A DNA stretch of 64,000 bases from Sedimentisphaerales bacterium (GTDB lineage: Bacteria; Planctomycetota; Phycisphaerae; Sedimentisphaerales; Anaerobacaceae), in the NCBI GenBank assembly GCA_040772485.1, contig JAXGYC010000007.1, positions 96,001 through 160,000 on the forward strand, written 5' to 3'. A model generated the notes under the pieces. The model was not told the origin of the DNA. It saw only the letters and a list, made by a program, of their open reading frames with translations, and ran no database searches. The position numbers and the translations under genes were made by a program. Positions 39,403 through 49,988 of the stretch are shown in pieces (positions within the stretch are counted from its first letter, which is position 1; each line of letters starts with the position of its first letter).

Positions 39403-40149
39403 CTATTCTGCCTCCGCGACGCACGGCTTGACAAGCTGACACAGGATCTGCTGTCGAAAACAACCGAACAGCCTTCGCCGCAGCACGTACCGTTCAAAGA
39501 CCACTGCACAGCGGTAGGCCAATGTGGAAAACATGAAGTATTGTGGATGATTTGATAAGTAACGAATACTGGCTGCATGCAGACCTGCCGAAGCAGCAAG
39601 CCGCCGCAGAGCGCGGGAAGAATTCGCTCTGTAGTATGCTGGAAAGGTATCTTCGACTTCTGTCTCAGTAATGACAGTATTGGCCCACTGTCGGATACGA
39701 TGTGGAACCGCTCTACCCAGAACTATAGGGAGATGATACTTGCTTGGCGTTGTCAGCATGAGAATTCCGCCCTGCTTCAGGACTCGCTTGCACTCCAAGA
39801 GTACCTTCCCAGGATTGGGCAGGTGTTCAGCCACATTGACCATGGCGATTACATCCACGCTCTGGTCGCTGAGCGGTAGTGCTTCAGCATTTCCATTCAG
39901 AACCTCCACATTGCCCTCAACAACAGGGGCTGTGACCTCTAGGTCGATACCGTAAGCTTTTTTGACAACTGGTGACACTTTGTGCAGGAACAATGGTTCG
40001 CGGCCACATCCGATGTCCAGGATCGTGGATTCGGATGATAGCAGGCACATAAATTCTCTGATAAAAACAGCCCCTGGTAGTTGGTTCCGGTCATAGAACC
40101 GATCACGAATGTCCTTGCATCTTCTGACCGTGCTTGTCTTGTCGCTCAT
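39403..40149 (-). CDS. Class I SAM-dependent methyltransferase
   Basis: ILDIGCG and EHL...RVLKQGG motifs. Confidence 0.88.
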   Translation of the reverse strand: MSDKTSTVRRCKDIRDRFYDRNQLPGAVFIREFMCLLSSESTILDIGCGREPLFLHKVSPVVKKAYGIDLEVTAPVVEGNVEVLNGNAEALPLSDQSVDVIAMVNVAEHLPNPGKVLLECKRVLKQGGILMLTTPSKYHLPIVLGRAVPHRIRQWANTVITETEVEDTFPAYYRANSSRALRRLAASAGLHAASIRYLSNHPQYFMFSTLAYRCAVVFERYVLRRRLFGCFRQQILCQLVKPCVAEAE

Positions 40150-40833
40150 TCTGTTTCTCTCAACCTGCGAGCCCATACACACAGCAGCGGTGTCCCCCGC
40201 GGTCGTAGATGCGTCGGTCGTTCTTCGCCTGTTCCATCAACCGGCCTGGAACCTCGGTTCGCATTCTCCCTACAGGCAGCAGTACCGGAGGACGAGGGAG
40301 CGGTACGAGCCCTCACTCTGCTTTCTGCGAGTTCACATTTCCATAATAAGACCGCTACGTTGTTCGTCGGCTTGCATTCGCCGAGGCCCTTCCTGGAGAG
40401 AAAGACCCGATCTTCGCCATAGCGAGGCGCTTCGATACAATAGCTTGGGAAGGGCTGAGCCGCCTGCGGACCTTGTGACCGAACCCGTTGGTCGATTTGA
40501 GTTCACCGTCGTCGACATTCATGGTACTCTCACCGCACCAGAGGTCACACGTTATCGCATCGACCAGTCGCCTGGGTATCGCTCATCAGAGCATGATCGC
40601 CCCTTCAGCAGTCGGCCCGGACGGCGACCAAACCCTTTCGGGCCCCGGTATAGGCGTTTCATTGCGAAGCGGCAGTCTCGTAGCGCACATTCCATATGCC
40701 ACAACGGGGACCCGGAGCGCTGTGATCGCAATGGTAGCCCAAATTGGATGGCAAGGGTCTTCACTGCGGTGATGAGGACCATCCGTATCGCGATGCAAAC
40801 CTGCAACCTCTTCATGCAGGTGTGTCTAGAGAA

Positions 40834-41817
40834 TCACGCATAGCCATATCGCCGATTCATCTCGCCAGCAACGGCATCGAGCGTTCGCAGATCAGATTGA
40901 GTCAGCGCTTCTCGCCAACGCTCGTCCAAACGAATCTCAGATGTGGTATCGAGACGCATGCCGTTGCCGACGACGTGCTGTTCGACCGATCGAAAGCCCT
41001 TGGGCTGCCGTCCAGGCTCGACGCCGAGGAAACGATGCAGTCGGGCCAATGTCTCGTCGGGCTCACGGCAGTAGTCTTCATAGCGGACCTCGATCCATCG
41101 CGAACGGTCCAGACATCGCAGGACGGCCTCAGCCTCTTCCATACAGCGGCGCCACTGATACGCCGCCTGATGCATGGAGAGCCGTTCACCCTTGCGGTCG
41201 CCGCCCGTGCCGCCGGCGCGTTTGTTAGGATCCTCGGCATCGGCAAAACCGGCCGGGTCCATGTAGGTCAGCGCCACCGCCCGACCGTCACGGATCAGAC
41301 GGATGACTTTGACGTCCAGTTCGGGATTGCGAAGGAGGTACTTCAGCCGCAGGCCGACCTTGGAGGAATCGACGACAACGTGTGCTCCGGCCAGTTCCGC
41401 AATCGTCGAAGCCAACGCGGCATTTCGTCTGTGAATCTCCGGCAGAGCGGCACGCCACACCGAAGAAAGCGACAGGCCTGTATCGCGGATGCACTCGAGG
41501 GCCTTGCCTCTGTGCATGGGCCTCAGCAGACGCTGGGCATATCGAGACTCCCCCCCGCGATAGTCTGTCCCGGCACGGGCGAGGTCGAACGCCACGCCAC
41601 GGCGAGCCATACCCTCCGATACACTCTGCCAGAAAGCACACTGACGGATAAACTGACCGCAGGAGCAGCGATAGCGGTCGAGATTGCCCATCGCACGGGG
41701 CGAGAGGTTCATCTCACCGATGGTAGCGATCTGGGGATGCGAGCCGAGCAGCATGCTGAGCAGAGTCGAGCCGGAATGACTGGCCGCCAAGATGTAGGCC
41801 AATTGCATCATTGCCAT
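40834..41817 (-). CDS. Sulfotransferase
   Basis: SHSGSTLL, VDSSK, RDGRAV and RYED motifs. Confidence 0.88.
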   Translation of the reverse strand: MAMMQLAYILAASHSGSTLLSMLLGSHPQIATIGEMNLSPRAMGNLDRYRCSCGQFIRQCAFWQSVSEGMARRGVAFDLARAGTDYRGGESRYAQRLLRPMHRGKALECIRDTGLSLSSVWRAALPEIHRRNAALASTIAELAGAHVVVDSSKVGLRLKYLLRNPELDVKVIRLIRDGRAVALTYMDPAGFADAEDPNKRAGGTGGDRKGERLSMHQAAYQWRRCMEEAEAVLRCLDRSRWIEVRYEDYCREPDETLARLHRFLGVEPGRQPKGFRSVEQHVVGNGMRLDTTSEIRLDERWREALTQSDLRTLDAVAGEMNRRYGYA

Positions 41818-43241
41818 ATGGCCTCCTCTGGGTGAACAAACGCAACCTGTCGTTGGGGAATGGCCACCGGTGTGTCCCAGACGTAATCAACCCGCAGTGC
41901 TTCCTGCGAACGCTTCTCCTCGACATACACGCGCAACGTGAGAAGCATGGCCGCCCACATGGTCATGGTGCTGGCCGTTGGGTAGAAGTATTGCGATCCG
42001 ATCCCCGCGAATAACTGAGCTAGCATCAGAGCCAGTGACAGGCCACCGACGGCGGCATATAGACAGTTATTGCTTCGAAACAGGCGAGCCGAGCGGAAAA
42101 GCATAATACCCCAGAACACGAAGATCGGGATCGAGCCGAGGATGCCGTTGTCCAGCAACGTCTGGAGATACATATTGTGGGGATGAGGAAAAGCCTCTGA
42201 CTCTCCGTATGTCTGCCCAAGATAGTCTGTCAAGCCGGTGCGATTCATCGCCAGACGTCCGTGACCGATGATGGGTGATTCGCTTATCTTGTCAATGACA
42301 TGAGGCCAGATCTGCATCCTGCCTGAGGTCACCTCAAAATCATCAACTGTCGTTTCTCCGCTTACGTCCGTCTGTCCGAACCCTTGGAGCATTCTTTCCG
42401 CTGTTCCAGGAAAGATCATCGGCAGGACGATCAGCACGACTGGCGTCAGCAACAGATACCTGCGCCACTTCAGCAGACATAACATCAGACCCGTAGCCCC
42501 CCAAGCCACATATCCGGCCCGACCGCCCGTCAGCGCCTGGCCAAAGGCGATCACACCGGCTGCCACCAAGACGGCCAGTATGTGCTTCTTTTTCCGTAGT
42601 AGCGGCAACGCCGCCAGCATCCCCCAACTGGCGCCAGCTAGCATAGCGGAAAAGTTGGGGGCGCTATAGCCGATACGCAGGCATGCCTTTAGTCGCGTAT
42701 AGTGGATTCGCCCATTGTCACCACCCAGCGCCGATTCGAGCGGTATATTCTTGAATACCTGCACTGAAAGCAGCAGATACACGGCACAAATACAGACCAA
42801 GGCAAGAACGACCTGCTTGCGGCTCCGGCAGCCGTCGAAGAGCAGGATAGCAGGGAATACCCATTTGACTGTGTTGATCAATTCCTCAGTGATCAGGTCT
42901 TTCAGAGAATACCACTCAATGTAACTGCGGTCGAGGACGGCGCGGAGCACGCCGACAACGATAACACCCAGATACAGCAGGAGGGTCATAGTCATACGTC
43001 GGGGCATGTCCCACACAAGTCTGTCGCTTCGCCGCTTGGCTATCCAGGCGAGGAAGATTATAAGAAACAAAACGTTCCACGGGTTGAGCCCCGGGATGCC
43101 AAACAAGCTTCTGGGCATATTCCGGTTCTCGATGAAGGCCATCAGCAGGATCAGGCCGCAAAGGCTCTTGAACCAGTCCTTCCATGCGTATAAAGAAAGG
43201 CCGGTCACAACCACGTACAGGGCTATATGGCGAATAGTCAT
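41808..43241 (-). CDS. O-antigen ligase / Wzy polymerase family protein
   Basis: Multi-TM protein; TGGRAG, SGRMQIW and PHPHNMYL motifs. Confidence 0.85.
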   Translation of the reverse strand: MTIRHIALYVVVTGLSLYAWKDWFKSLCGLILLMAFIENRNMPRSLFGIPGLNPWNVLFLIIFLAWIAKRRSDRLVWDMPRRMTMTLLLYLGVIVVGVLRAVLDRSYIEWYSLKDLITEELINTVKWVFPAILLFDGCRSRKQVVLALVCICAVYLLLSVQVFKNIPLESALGGDNGRIHYTRLKACLRIGYSAPNFSAMLAGASWGMLAALPLLRKKKHILAVLVAAGVIAFGQALTGGRAGYVAWGATGLMLCLLKWRRYLLLTPVVLIVLPMIFPGTAERMLQGFGQTDVSGETTVDDFEVTSGRMQIWPHVIDKISESPIIGHGRLAMNRTGLTDYLGQTYGESEAFPHPHNMYLQTLLDNGILGSIPIFVFWGIMLFRSARLFRSNNCLYAAVGGLSLALMLAQLFAGIGSQYFYPTASTMTMWAAMLLTLRVYVEEKRSQEALRVDYVWDTPVAIPQRQVAFVHPEEAIWQ

Positions 43242-43311
43242 CGATCAGCGTTCGTAGAACAGGACTCTGTGTGGCAGCGCGTCCAGATCGGACTGGCGGG
43301 AGGCCGCTTGT

Positions 43312-43382
43312 ATTGAAACTCGAAGCACGAAACGACAAATCCGAAACAAATCGCAACAACTCAAACGCAAATCTCTCAAAAC
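43312..43382. repeat. Degenerate A/C-rich short-period repeat in the wzc-wzy spacer
   Basis: gaaactc gaagcac gaaacga caaatcc gaaa caaatcg caacaact caaacg caaatc. Confidence 0.5.
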
Positions 43383-43490
43383 GCTCTGCTCAGAAGGCCG
43401 TTCAGAATCTCGGATCGGACGCGAATGAACGCAGTGCCGCAATGCGCTGCGAGAGAGTGCTGCTGCCTGGGTACGTTTCGATCATGGCGG

Positions 43491-45938
43491 TCAGGATTCG
43501 CGTTTTTTGGCGTAGCTGCCGTATTTGTAGCCGTAGCCGTAGCCGTGGCGTTCGAGGGAGCCGACGAAGACGGTGCCGAGCATGGTTCCGCCGGCCGAGT
43601 GCAGGCGGGCCATGGCGCTGAGGACGTGGGTGCGATGCGAGACCTGCTCGCGCTCCACGAGGATTGTGCCGTCGACCTGTCCGGCCAGGATCGTGGCGTC
43701 CGCCACGGGCAGGATCGGCGAGGCGTCGAGCAGGATCACGTCGTACTGACAGTGCTTGCGCACCCGGCCGATGCACGACTTAAAGGCGCCGTTGGCAATC
43801 TCATCGTAGGTGGTGTCGTTGCTGTTGCGGTTTCCCGCCGGCATGATGTCCAGCCCCGGCGTCTGCGTCGGGTAGATCGGCAGCTTCGCCATCGTCTTGT
43901 CCCGGAGCGACTCCACGAAGCCCGGCTGCGCGGCCAGTTCGAATCGCTTCGACAGAGTCACCTTGTGGAAGTCCGTGTCGATCATGAGGACCTTCTTGCC
44001 GGCCTGGGCCAGGCTGCGACCCAGGACCATCGTGAAGCTCGATTTGCCCGTTCCTTCATTGGCGCTGGTCACCAGCACGGTGGCGCCGGCGCGTCCGCCG
44101 AGCCGGGTAAGAAGGGCCGTGCGCAGGACGCGAATCGCTTCGACCAACAGGAACTGATTCTGTTCGAGTTCATCGGCCAGCGCCTTGCCCGGCGCTCTGG
44201 TGGCGTTGACCAGAGGCACATGCCCGAGGAACGGGACCTGCACCGGCTGAGGCATGTCCTTGACCGCATGGATCGTCTGGCTCCGGCTGGCCCGCAGAAA
44301 CGCCACACCGCCGCCCAAGCCGAGGCCCATGAACAGGGCCATCGCCGTGAACACCACCCGCCGGTCCTTCTCCGGTTTCGAAGGAGAAAACGCGGCTGTC
44401 AGCACCTCGATGGAGCCGGCGACGTTCCGCTCCATGTCTTTCTGGTCAATCCGGAGCTGGACCGCACTCAGCAGTTCGCGCGTGCGCTGCAACTCCAGAT
44501 TCGCCTTCGTAAGCCGCTGGGCGTCGTTGAACAGTTTCTCGAACGCCTCTTCTTGCGGCTTCAGGTCTTCCAGGAGCAGCTTCTCTTCCTGCCTGGCGCG
44601 CGCCAGGCGGTATTCGATGACCCTTCTGGCTTCCTCGCCGCTGAGCTGGCCGGCCGCGCTGCCCGCAACGGAGGCCGCCAGCCCATTCTCCGGCCGGCTT
44701 TGCCAGAGCTCATTCAGTTGTGTTTCCCGCTCTTTCAGAAGAGTCCTGGCGAACTCGATGTCGTTCTGCAGCTTGAGCTTGTTCGGATGCTTGGGCCCAT
44801 AGAGACTGTTGTCAAGCTGGTGCTCGAGTGTCCGAATCTGGATGTCCAGGCGGCGCCACTCGGGGTCCTCGTGATACGCCCGCAGCCGCTCCGCTTCGCT
44901 GCCGGAGTCCACCGTCGCATCGTTGCCGTCTGCGACGAGGGTCTGTTCGAGCTCCCATTGGAGAATGGCGATATTCTGCCGCAGCGTGCTCAGACGAACC
45001 TGGAGTTCGTCGAGCTGCATTCTCTTGCTGGCGACCAGCTCTTCGGGCGCACCGGTTCCGAGGGACTTGCGCAGGGTCGCCAGTTCCGTCTCTTTGCCGG
45101 CGATCTCGCTGGTCAGGGCGGCCTTCTGTAGCGCGAGCTTCTGAAAAATATCATCCTGCGTCGCGTCCGATCGGAGGGCAGTGTACATGATATACTGCTC
45201 AAGGACCGCATCGACGATCATCTTGGCCTCTTTGCTGCTGGGGTTTATGAAGGACACGTCGATGATCTCGGTTCGAGGACGAGGACGGACCGACAGGCTG
45301 TCCCGCAAACGTTCCATCGGAGGAATCTGATTGGCGCTGAGCCGTTCCAGGAACGTACGCGGCGTGTTCTGATACCACTGCGTGTCCTGGATGGCCTTCT
45401 GATCCAGGACGCGCTGCAGAACCGTGGGACTGCGCATCAGGGAGACCTGCGTGTTGACGAACGAGTCGTACAGAGGAATCATACCGTTATCCTCTGTCTT
45501 GAAAACCAGATGAGGGATGATCGGGCGGACTCGCACCTCGGCCCGGGCCTGGTATTGGGGAACGATCTGGGTCCAGATCAGGGCGATCACCGGCGCCGCC
45601 ACAAGGATGGAAATCAGGACAATCGTCCATTTGAATCGAAGGACCGAGGCCAGCAGCTCCGTGGGCGCCGCCGCCGAGCCGGCCGGAGCAACACCCCACG
45701 GGTGCTCCGGCACGACCGGGACACCCCCCGCGGCACCGGGCATTGCTGGCCGCCGGCTGACTTGGGCCGGCTGGATGGCGTCAGGGGCCGACGCATCGGA
45801 CATCAGAACATCCACCACGCGACTGATCTTCGTTCGCCCGTCCGGGCGACCGGGAAGGTCCTTGTCGTTGCGTGCGATCGGATCCAAAGGACGCTGGATT
45901 TCTCGCCCCATCGGGTCGTTCGGTTGGTCCAGGCTCAT
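43491..45938 (-). CDS. wzc: Polysaccharide co-polymerase / tyrosine autokinase
   Basis: TM-coiled coil-TM layout; Walker A TSANEGTGKS; LLDASP; Tyr cluster YGYGYKYGSY. Confidence 0.9.
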   Translation of the reverse strand: MSLDQPNDPMGREIQRPLDPIARNDKDLPGRPDGRTKISRVVDVLMSDASAPDAIQPAQVSRRPAMPGAAGGVPVVPEHPWGVAPAGSAAAPTELLASVLRFKWTIVLISILVAAPVIALIWTQIVPQYQARAEVRVRPIIPHLVFKTEDNGMIPLYDSFVNTQVSLMRSPTVLQRVLDQKAIQDTQWYQNTPRTFLERLSANQIPPMERLRDSLSVRPRPRTEIIDVSFINPSSKEAKMIVDAVLEQYIMYTALRSDATQDDIFQKLALQKAALTSEIAGKETELATLRKSLGTGAPEELVASKRMQLDELQVRLSTLRQNIAILQWELEQTLVADGNDATVDSGSEAERLRAYHEDPEWRRLDIQIRTLEHQLDNSLYGPKHPNKLKLQNDIEFARTLLKERETQLNELWQSRPENGLAASVAGSAAGQLSGEEARRVIEYRLARARQEEKLLLEDLKPQEEAFEKLFNDAQRLTKANLELQRTRELLSAVQLRIDQKDMERNVAGSIEVLTAAFSPSKPEKDRRVVFTAMALFMGLGLGGGVAFLRASRSQTIHAVKDMPQPVQVPFLGHVPLVNATRAPGKALADELEQNQFLLVEAIRVLRTALLTRLGGRAGATVLVTSANEGTGKSSFTMVLGRSLAQAGKKVLMIDTDFHKVTLSKRFELAAQPGFVESLRDKTMAKLPIYPTQTPGLDIMPAGNRNSNDTTYDEIANGAFKSCIGRVRKHCQYDVILLDASPILPVADATILAGQVDGTILVEREQVSHRTHVLSAMARLHSAGGTMLGTVFVGSLERHGYGYGYKYGSYAKKRES

Positions 45939-46213
45939 GTTTGCACCACCCTGAGTTCTTCGCTCATTTCCATTCGTTTCCTGCCATCGCCGCTGCAAGC
46001 AGCTCGCCGGCGCGGACTCCGTCCTCGTCGGCTGCGCCGAGAGGCACCTGGCAATGCGCCCTGGTCGCGACGTACACACGCCGGCAAGAACGCGATCCGC
46101 CAAGCACTCAGAGCACTCCCTGCCCCACGCATCCGTGCATTTTCCTGGGAAATGCCTCCGTCCGAGAAGCCGTCCCGGCACTTCTTCCCCATCCCTGCGG
46201 TACTCAAGCACCT

Positions 46214-46242
46214 ATAATGTGAGCTGTTGCCACACCCGTCAA
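46214..46242 (-). promoter_or_regulatory. Possible internal promoter upstream of wzc
   Basis: TTGACG-N17-CATTAT. Confidence 0.35.
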
Positions 46243-46570
46243 GCGTCGATCGCATCAATTGCCGTTCGTCCGACGGAGCCAGAACCTCTCGGCCCACGGG
46301 CGTGTCGTTCGCGCACGCTTCGACAGACCGTCGAATCGGTGCCTTCGACCCAGCACCTAATTCGTCATTTTTGGCTGGCGACTTCTCAAAAGGTGGCTGA
46401 TTTTGCATGATCTCTGGGACTTCACAGGGTTCGCACAGAACCAGATCCTGTGGCATGATCGTCCGGGAACACGCCACGCAACAGTGGCAGCGAGTCCCTC
46501 CGTCTCCCCGGCCGGTCCGCGTAGGCCCCGACGGGAGACTTCTTCCCCTTGGCAGGACAACCTGGTGAAC

Positions 46571-47386
46571 CTATTGCCGGACGGGCCGCATCGTCCACTG
46601 GCTGGCGTCAATGGACCCCAGCAGTTTTTTGGACACTACGCGCAGCATGAATGGCACGTACACGGTCTGTCTTCTGAACCTCTTGTGAGGCTCCGTCAGG
46701 AGCTGGAAGAGCCATTCGGTCCCCGTTCGGCGGAAGATCCCGGGCGCTCGGCGAATCCTCCCCGAAACGACGTCGAAACTCCCTCCCACTCCCATGCAGA
46801 AAGGCGCATCGATCAGTTCCCGATGCTTCGCGATCCAGTACTCCTGGGTCGGCGACCCCATGGCAACGAAGACCAGGTCCGCCCCGCTGGCATTGATCTG
46901 TTCCACAACCTGAGCCGAGTCAGTGAAGTATCCGTCTTGATGACCGACAATCCTCAGATCGGGATAGGTCTGCTGGAGCCTGGCACAGGCGCCGGCGTTC
47001 GATTCGGCCGAGGCGCCAAGCATGAAGACACCCCATCCCTTCTTGGCGGCGTACGGCAGCACCTTCAAGAACAGGTCGCACCCCGTACACCGTTTGATTG
47101 CCTGGCCGTGGAGGATGCGAGCCGCAAGCGATACGCCCACGCCGTCGCAGATGCCGACATCGGCTCGATTCAACAGGTCCAACAGGTTGCTCTCGTGCCA
47201 GGCACGAAAGCACTTCTGAGGGTTGATCGCCACCCAGAAGGTCTTCTCTCGAACCTCTACCGTGGCTTCAATACAGGCGAGAGCCTGATCGTATGACTCA
47301 AACGGAACAACGGGAACGCCGGCAACATTAACCGCTCTGGGAATGCACTGCGTCCGTGACGACACATCACCCTCGGCTATCAACAT
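46571..47386 (-). CDS. WecB/TagA/CpsF family glycosyltransferase
   Basis: AINPQK, DGVGV, AMGSPTQE and GVGGSFD motifs; GGAGGAG RBS. Confidence 0.92.
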   Translation of the reverse strand: MLIAEGDVSSRTQCIPRAVNVAGVPVVPFESYDQALACIEATVEVREKTFWVAINPQKCFRAWHESNLLDLLNRADVGICDGVGVSLAARILHGQAIKRCTGCDLFLKVLPYAAKKGWGVFMLGASAESNAGACARLQQTYPDLRIVGHQDGYFTDSAQVVEQINASGADLVFVAMGSPTQEYWIAKHRELIDAPFCMGVGGSFDVVSGRIRRAPGIFRRTGTEWLFQLLTEPHKRFRRQTVYVPFMLRVVSKKLLGSIDASQWTMRPVRQ

Positions 47387-47769
47387 AACGACTCTCCTCC
47401 CTTCACAGCACGCCACCTCAGATCAGGGCGCGGTTACTTTCGGCGAGTCCGTTTGCCCGCTCCGGCAGTCTGTCCCTGCACGATCGACACATTCGTGCCC
47501 GCCGGACGCATCACCTGCGCCCATGCTCGCATCCATGCCCGTCGTGAAGAAGCCCTCCTCCATCAGGAGTCTCTCTCACCATGCCTCCATGCCGTCCGCC
47601 TGCGCCAACCAGCTTAAGGCGCGGCGTAATCTTCACCCTCCACACTCATTGCGCACGAGGCCATCTCAGGCAAATTACTCCTCCACAGCGTGTCTCGACC
47701 ACCCTGCACGGGGAGCCCAGGACACCTGCCTCTCAGAACCATATGATCAACCTGCCTATCTATACACAT

Positions 47770-47798
47770 ATTATATTAACGCCGTCAACCCCATTCAA
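47770..47798 (-). promoter_or_regulatory. Sigma70 promoter of EPS block 1
   Basis: TTGAAT-N17-TATAAT in an AT-rich patch. Confidence 0.65.
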
Positions 47799-48134
47799 CT
47801 ACGTATTACTGCGTATTTTTGCCCATGTTCACACGGGCCCGCCCAACCATTCTCGCCCTCCCATAATAACGTTCTTGGCGGCACGCGCCACACAGGGGGC
47901 ACCGACAAGGCCAGATCGTACCGGGTGGCGGCACGCCCCTCGGATTTCACATCATTTCTTCGCCGCGGCTACCCCTTTCGGCATAGATCGAAGGGAATAT
48001 GGAGAGGTGTTCTGTGTCCGCCTGGCCATCTGACAGCGGTTCCGGCCGGAAAATGCTGGAGACGGATCGCGTCCTGTAGTATCATGCCTGGCACAGGGAA
48101 CTCGACCGAGCGGACTGGCGGAGGAAAGACTACC

Positions 48135-49949
48135 ATGCTCAAAGACGTCAAGGCGGTGTTGGCCAAGTACTGGGGCCATGAGGACTTCCTGCCCCTCCAG
48201 CAGCAGGCCATCGAAAGTGTGCTTCGCGGCAGGGACTCGATCGTCGTCCTGCCGACCGGAGGGGGAAAATCCCTCTGTTTCCAGGCCCCCGCCGTTCTTC
48301 TGCCCGGCCTGACCATCGTCGTATCGCCGCTGATTGCCCTGATGAAGGACCAGGTCGACGCCCTGACCGAATGCGGCGTGCCCGCGGGGCGGATGGACAG
48401 CTCGCTATCGGCTGACCAGCACAAAGCGGTCATGGCCGCTGTCCGGAACAAGAAGCTCAGGCTGCTGTACGTCTCGCCGGAACGTCTGCTTTCAGAAGGC
48501 TTTATCGCCTTCCTCAACCGCACGGAGGTGTCGTTCGTCGCGGTCGATGAGGCCCATTGTGTCAGCATGTGGGGCCATGACTTCCGGCCGGAATACCGCC
48601 AGCTCGGGACCCTCAAGAAGTTCTTCCCACGCGTTCCCATTGGCGCATACACCGCCACCGCGACCGCGCGCGTCCGGGCCGATATCTGCGAACAGCTCCA
48701 TTTGAAGGATCCCGAGTCCATCGTCGGCTCGTTCGACCGGCCGAATCTCGTCTACCGGGTCCTGGCGCGTACCGATAGAATCCGGCAGACCTGCCAGGTC
48801 CTGAACCGGCACAACGGCGAATCCGGCATCATCTATTGCATCCGACGCAAAGACGTCGAGAGCCTCTGTGCTGAGTTGGTCGCCAGAGGATACAAGGCGG
48901 CGCCCTATCACGCCGGCATGAGCGCCGAGGGCCGCAAGGCCAATCAGGAGGCCTTCGTCAAAGAGAAGATCGACACGATCGTGGCGACCATCGCCTTCGG
49001 CATGGGCATCGACAAATCCAATGTCCGGTACGTTGTGCACACGGGAATGCCCAAGTCGCTCGAACACTACCAGCAGGAAAGCGGACGGGCCGGCCGGGAT
49101 GGCCTGGAAGCCGAATGTACCCTGTTCTATGGCGCCGCGGACTACGGCGTCTGGAAGAGCCTGATGAGCGAGATGGAACCTCAGGTGCGGCAGATCGCCC
49201 TGGACAAGCTCGGCGAGATGTACAACTACTGCACGGGAGGACTCTGCCGCCACAGGGCGCTTCTGCGCTATTTCGGCCAGGACCTGGACAAGGGCGACTG
49301 CGCCGTCTGCGACGTGTGCCTGGGCGAGTTGGACTGCATGGAAGACTCGCTGGTCATCGCTCAGAAGATCCTGTCGTGCATCCTCCGCCTGCGCGAGCGG
49401 TATGGGGGCAGCTACACGGCCCTGGTGTTGGTGGGCTCGCGCGATCAGCGTATCGCGGAGAATCATCACGACACGCTGACGACCTATGGCCTGCTGAGCG
49501 AGCATCGCGGACACACCGTCCACGACTGGATCGAACAGCTGGCGGGCCAGGGGTGTATCAATAAAGTGGGGGAATACAGCGTGTTGACGGTCACGGAGAA
49601 AGGCAGGCGTGTGCTCAAGGGGCTGGAGCGGCCGCGGCTTCTCAAGCCCGCGACGAAGCCGGCCAAGCAAGCCCGTGTCGCGGGAGAGAGCTGGGAAGGT
49701 GTGGATAGGGGACTGTTCGAAGAACTGCGCCGGTTGCGGACGAAGATTGCGGACGAGAAGAAGGTCCCGGCCTATATCGTCTTTGGAGACAAGACGTTAC
49801 GAGAAATGGCAAGAAGAAGACCATCGACGGACGAGGGGTTGCTGTCCGTCAAGGGGGTGGGAGACAAGAAACGCCAGCAGTTCGGCAAGGCCCTGTTGGC
49901 TACGATTCGCCAGTACTGTGCGGCGAATTCTGTGAAGATGGGTGGTTGA
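48135..49949 (+). CDS. recQ: ATP-dependent DNA helicase RecQ
   Basis: LPTGGGKSLC, VDEAHC, WGHDFRPEY and QESGRAGRDG motifs; Zn-binding Cys, RQC and HRDC domains. Confidence 0.96.
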   Translation: MLKDVKAVLAKYWGHEDFLPLQQQAIESVLRGRDSIVVLPTGGGKSLCFQAPAVLLPGLTIVVSPLIALMKDQVDALTECGVPAGRMDSSLSADQHKAVMAAVRNKKLRLLYVSPERLLSEGFIAFLNRTEVSFVAVDEAHCVSMWGHDFRPEYRQLGTLKKFFPRVPIGAYTATATARVRADICEQLHLKDPESIVGSFDRPNLVYRVLARTDRIRQTCQVLNRHNGESGIIYCIRRKDVESLCAELVARGYKAAPYHAGMSAEGRKANQEAFVKEKIDTIVATIAFGMGIDKSNVRYVVHTGMPKSLEHYQQESGRAGRDGLEAECTLFYGAADYGVWKSLMSEMEPQVRQIALDKLGEMYNYCTGGLCRHRALLRYFGQDLDKGDCAVCDVCLGELDCMEDSLVIAQKILSCILRLRERYGGSYTALVLVGSRDQRIAENHHDTLTTYGLLSEHRGHTVHDWIEQLAGQGCINKVGEYSVLTVTEKGRRVLKGLERPRLLKPATKPAKQARVAGESWEGVDRGLFEELRRLRTKIADEKKVPAYIVFGDKTLREMARRRPSTDEGLLSVKGVGDKKRQQFGKALLATIRQYCAANSVKMGG

Positions 49950-49958
49950 GCCAAGCCC

Positions 49959-49988
49959 AAAAAAGGGAGGACCGTGAGCGGTCCTCCC
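49959..49988 (-). terminator. Rho-independent terminator ending EPS block 2
   Basis: GGGAGGACCG-N4-CGGTCCTCCC followed by T6 on the minus strand. Confidence 0.8.

Noticed and set aside
40560..40600. CTGATGAG hammerhead-like core
   Set aside because: The required GAAA after stem II is missing.
45935..46477. 180-aa ORF between wecB and wzc
   Set aside because: No motifs, atypical composition, and it overlaps a candidate promoter.
47415..47460. GGGCAAAC...GAAA resembling a c-di-GMP-I riboswitch
   Set aside because: No P2 stem pairing and no GACGCAAA segment.
47343..48134. 264-aa N-terminal extension of RecQ
   Set aside because: Spans a divergent promoter region. A good RBS (GGAGG) precedes the ATG at 48135.
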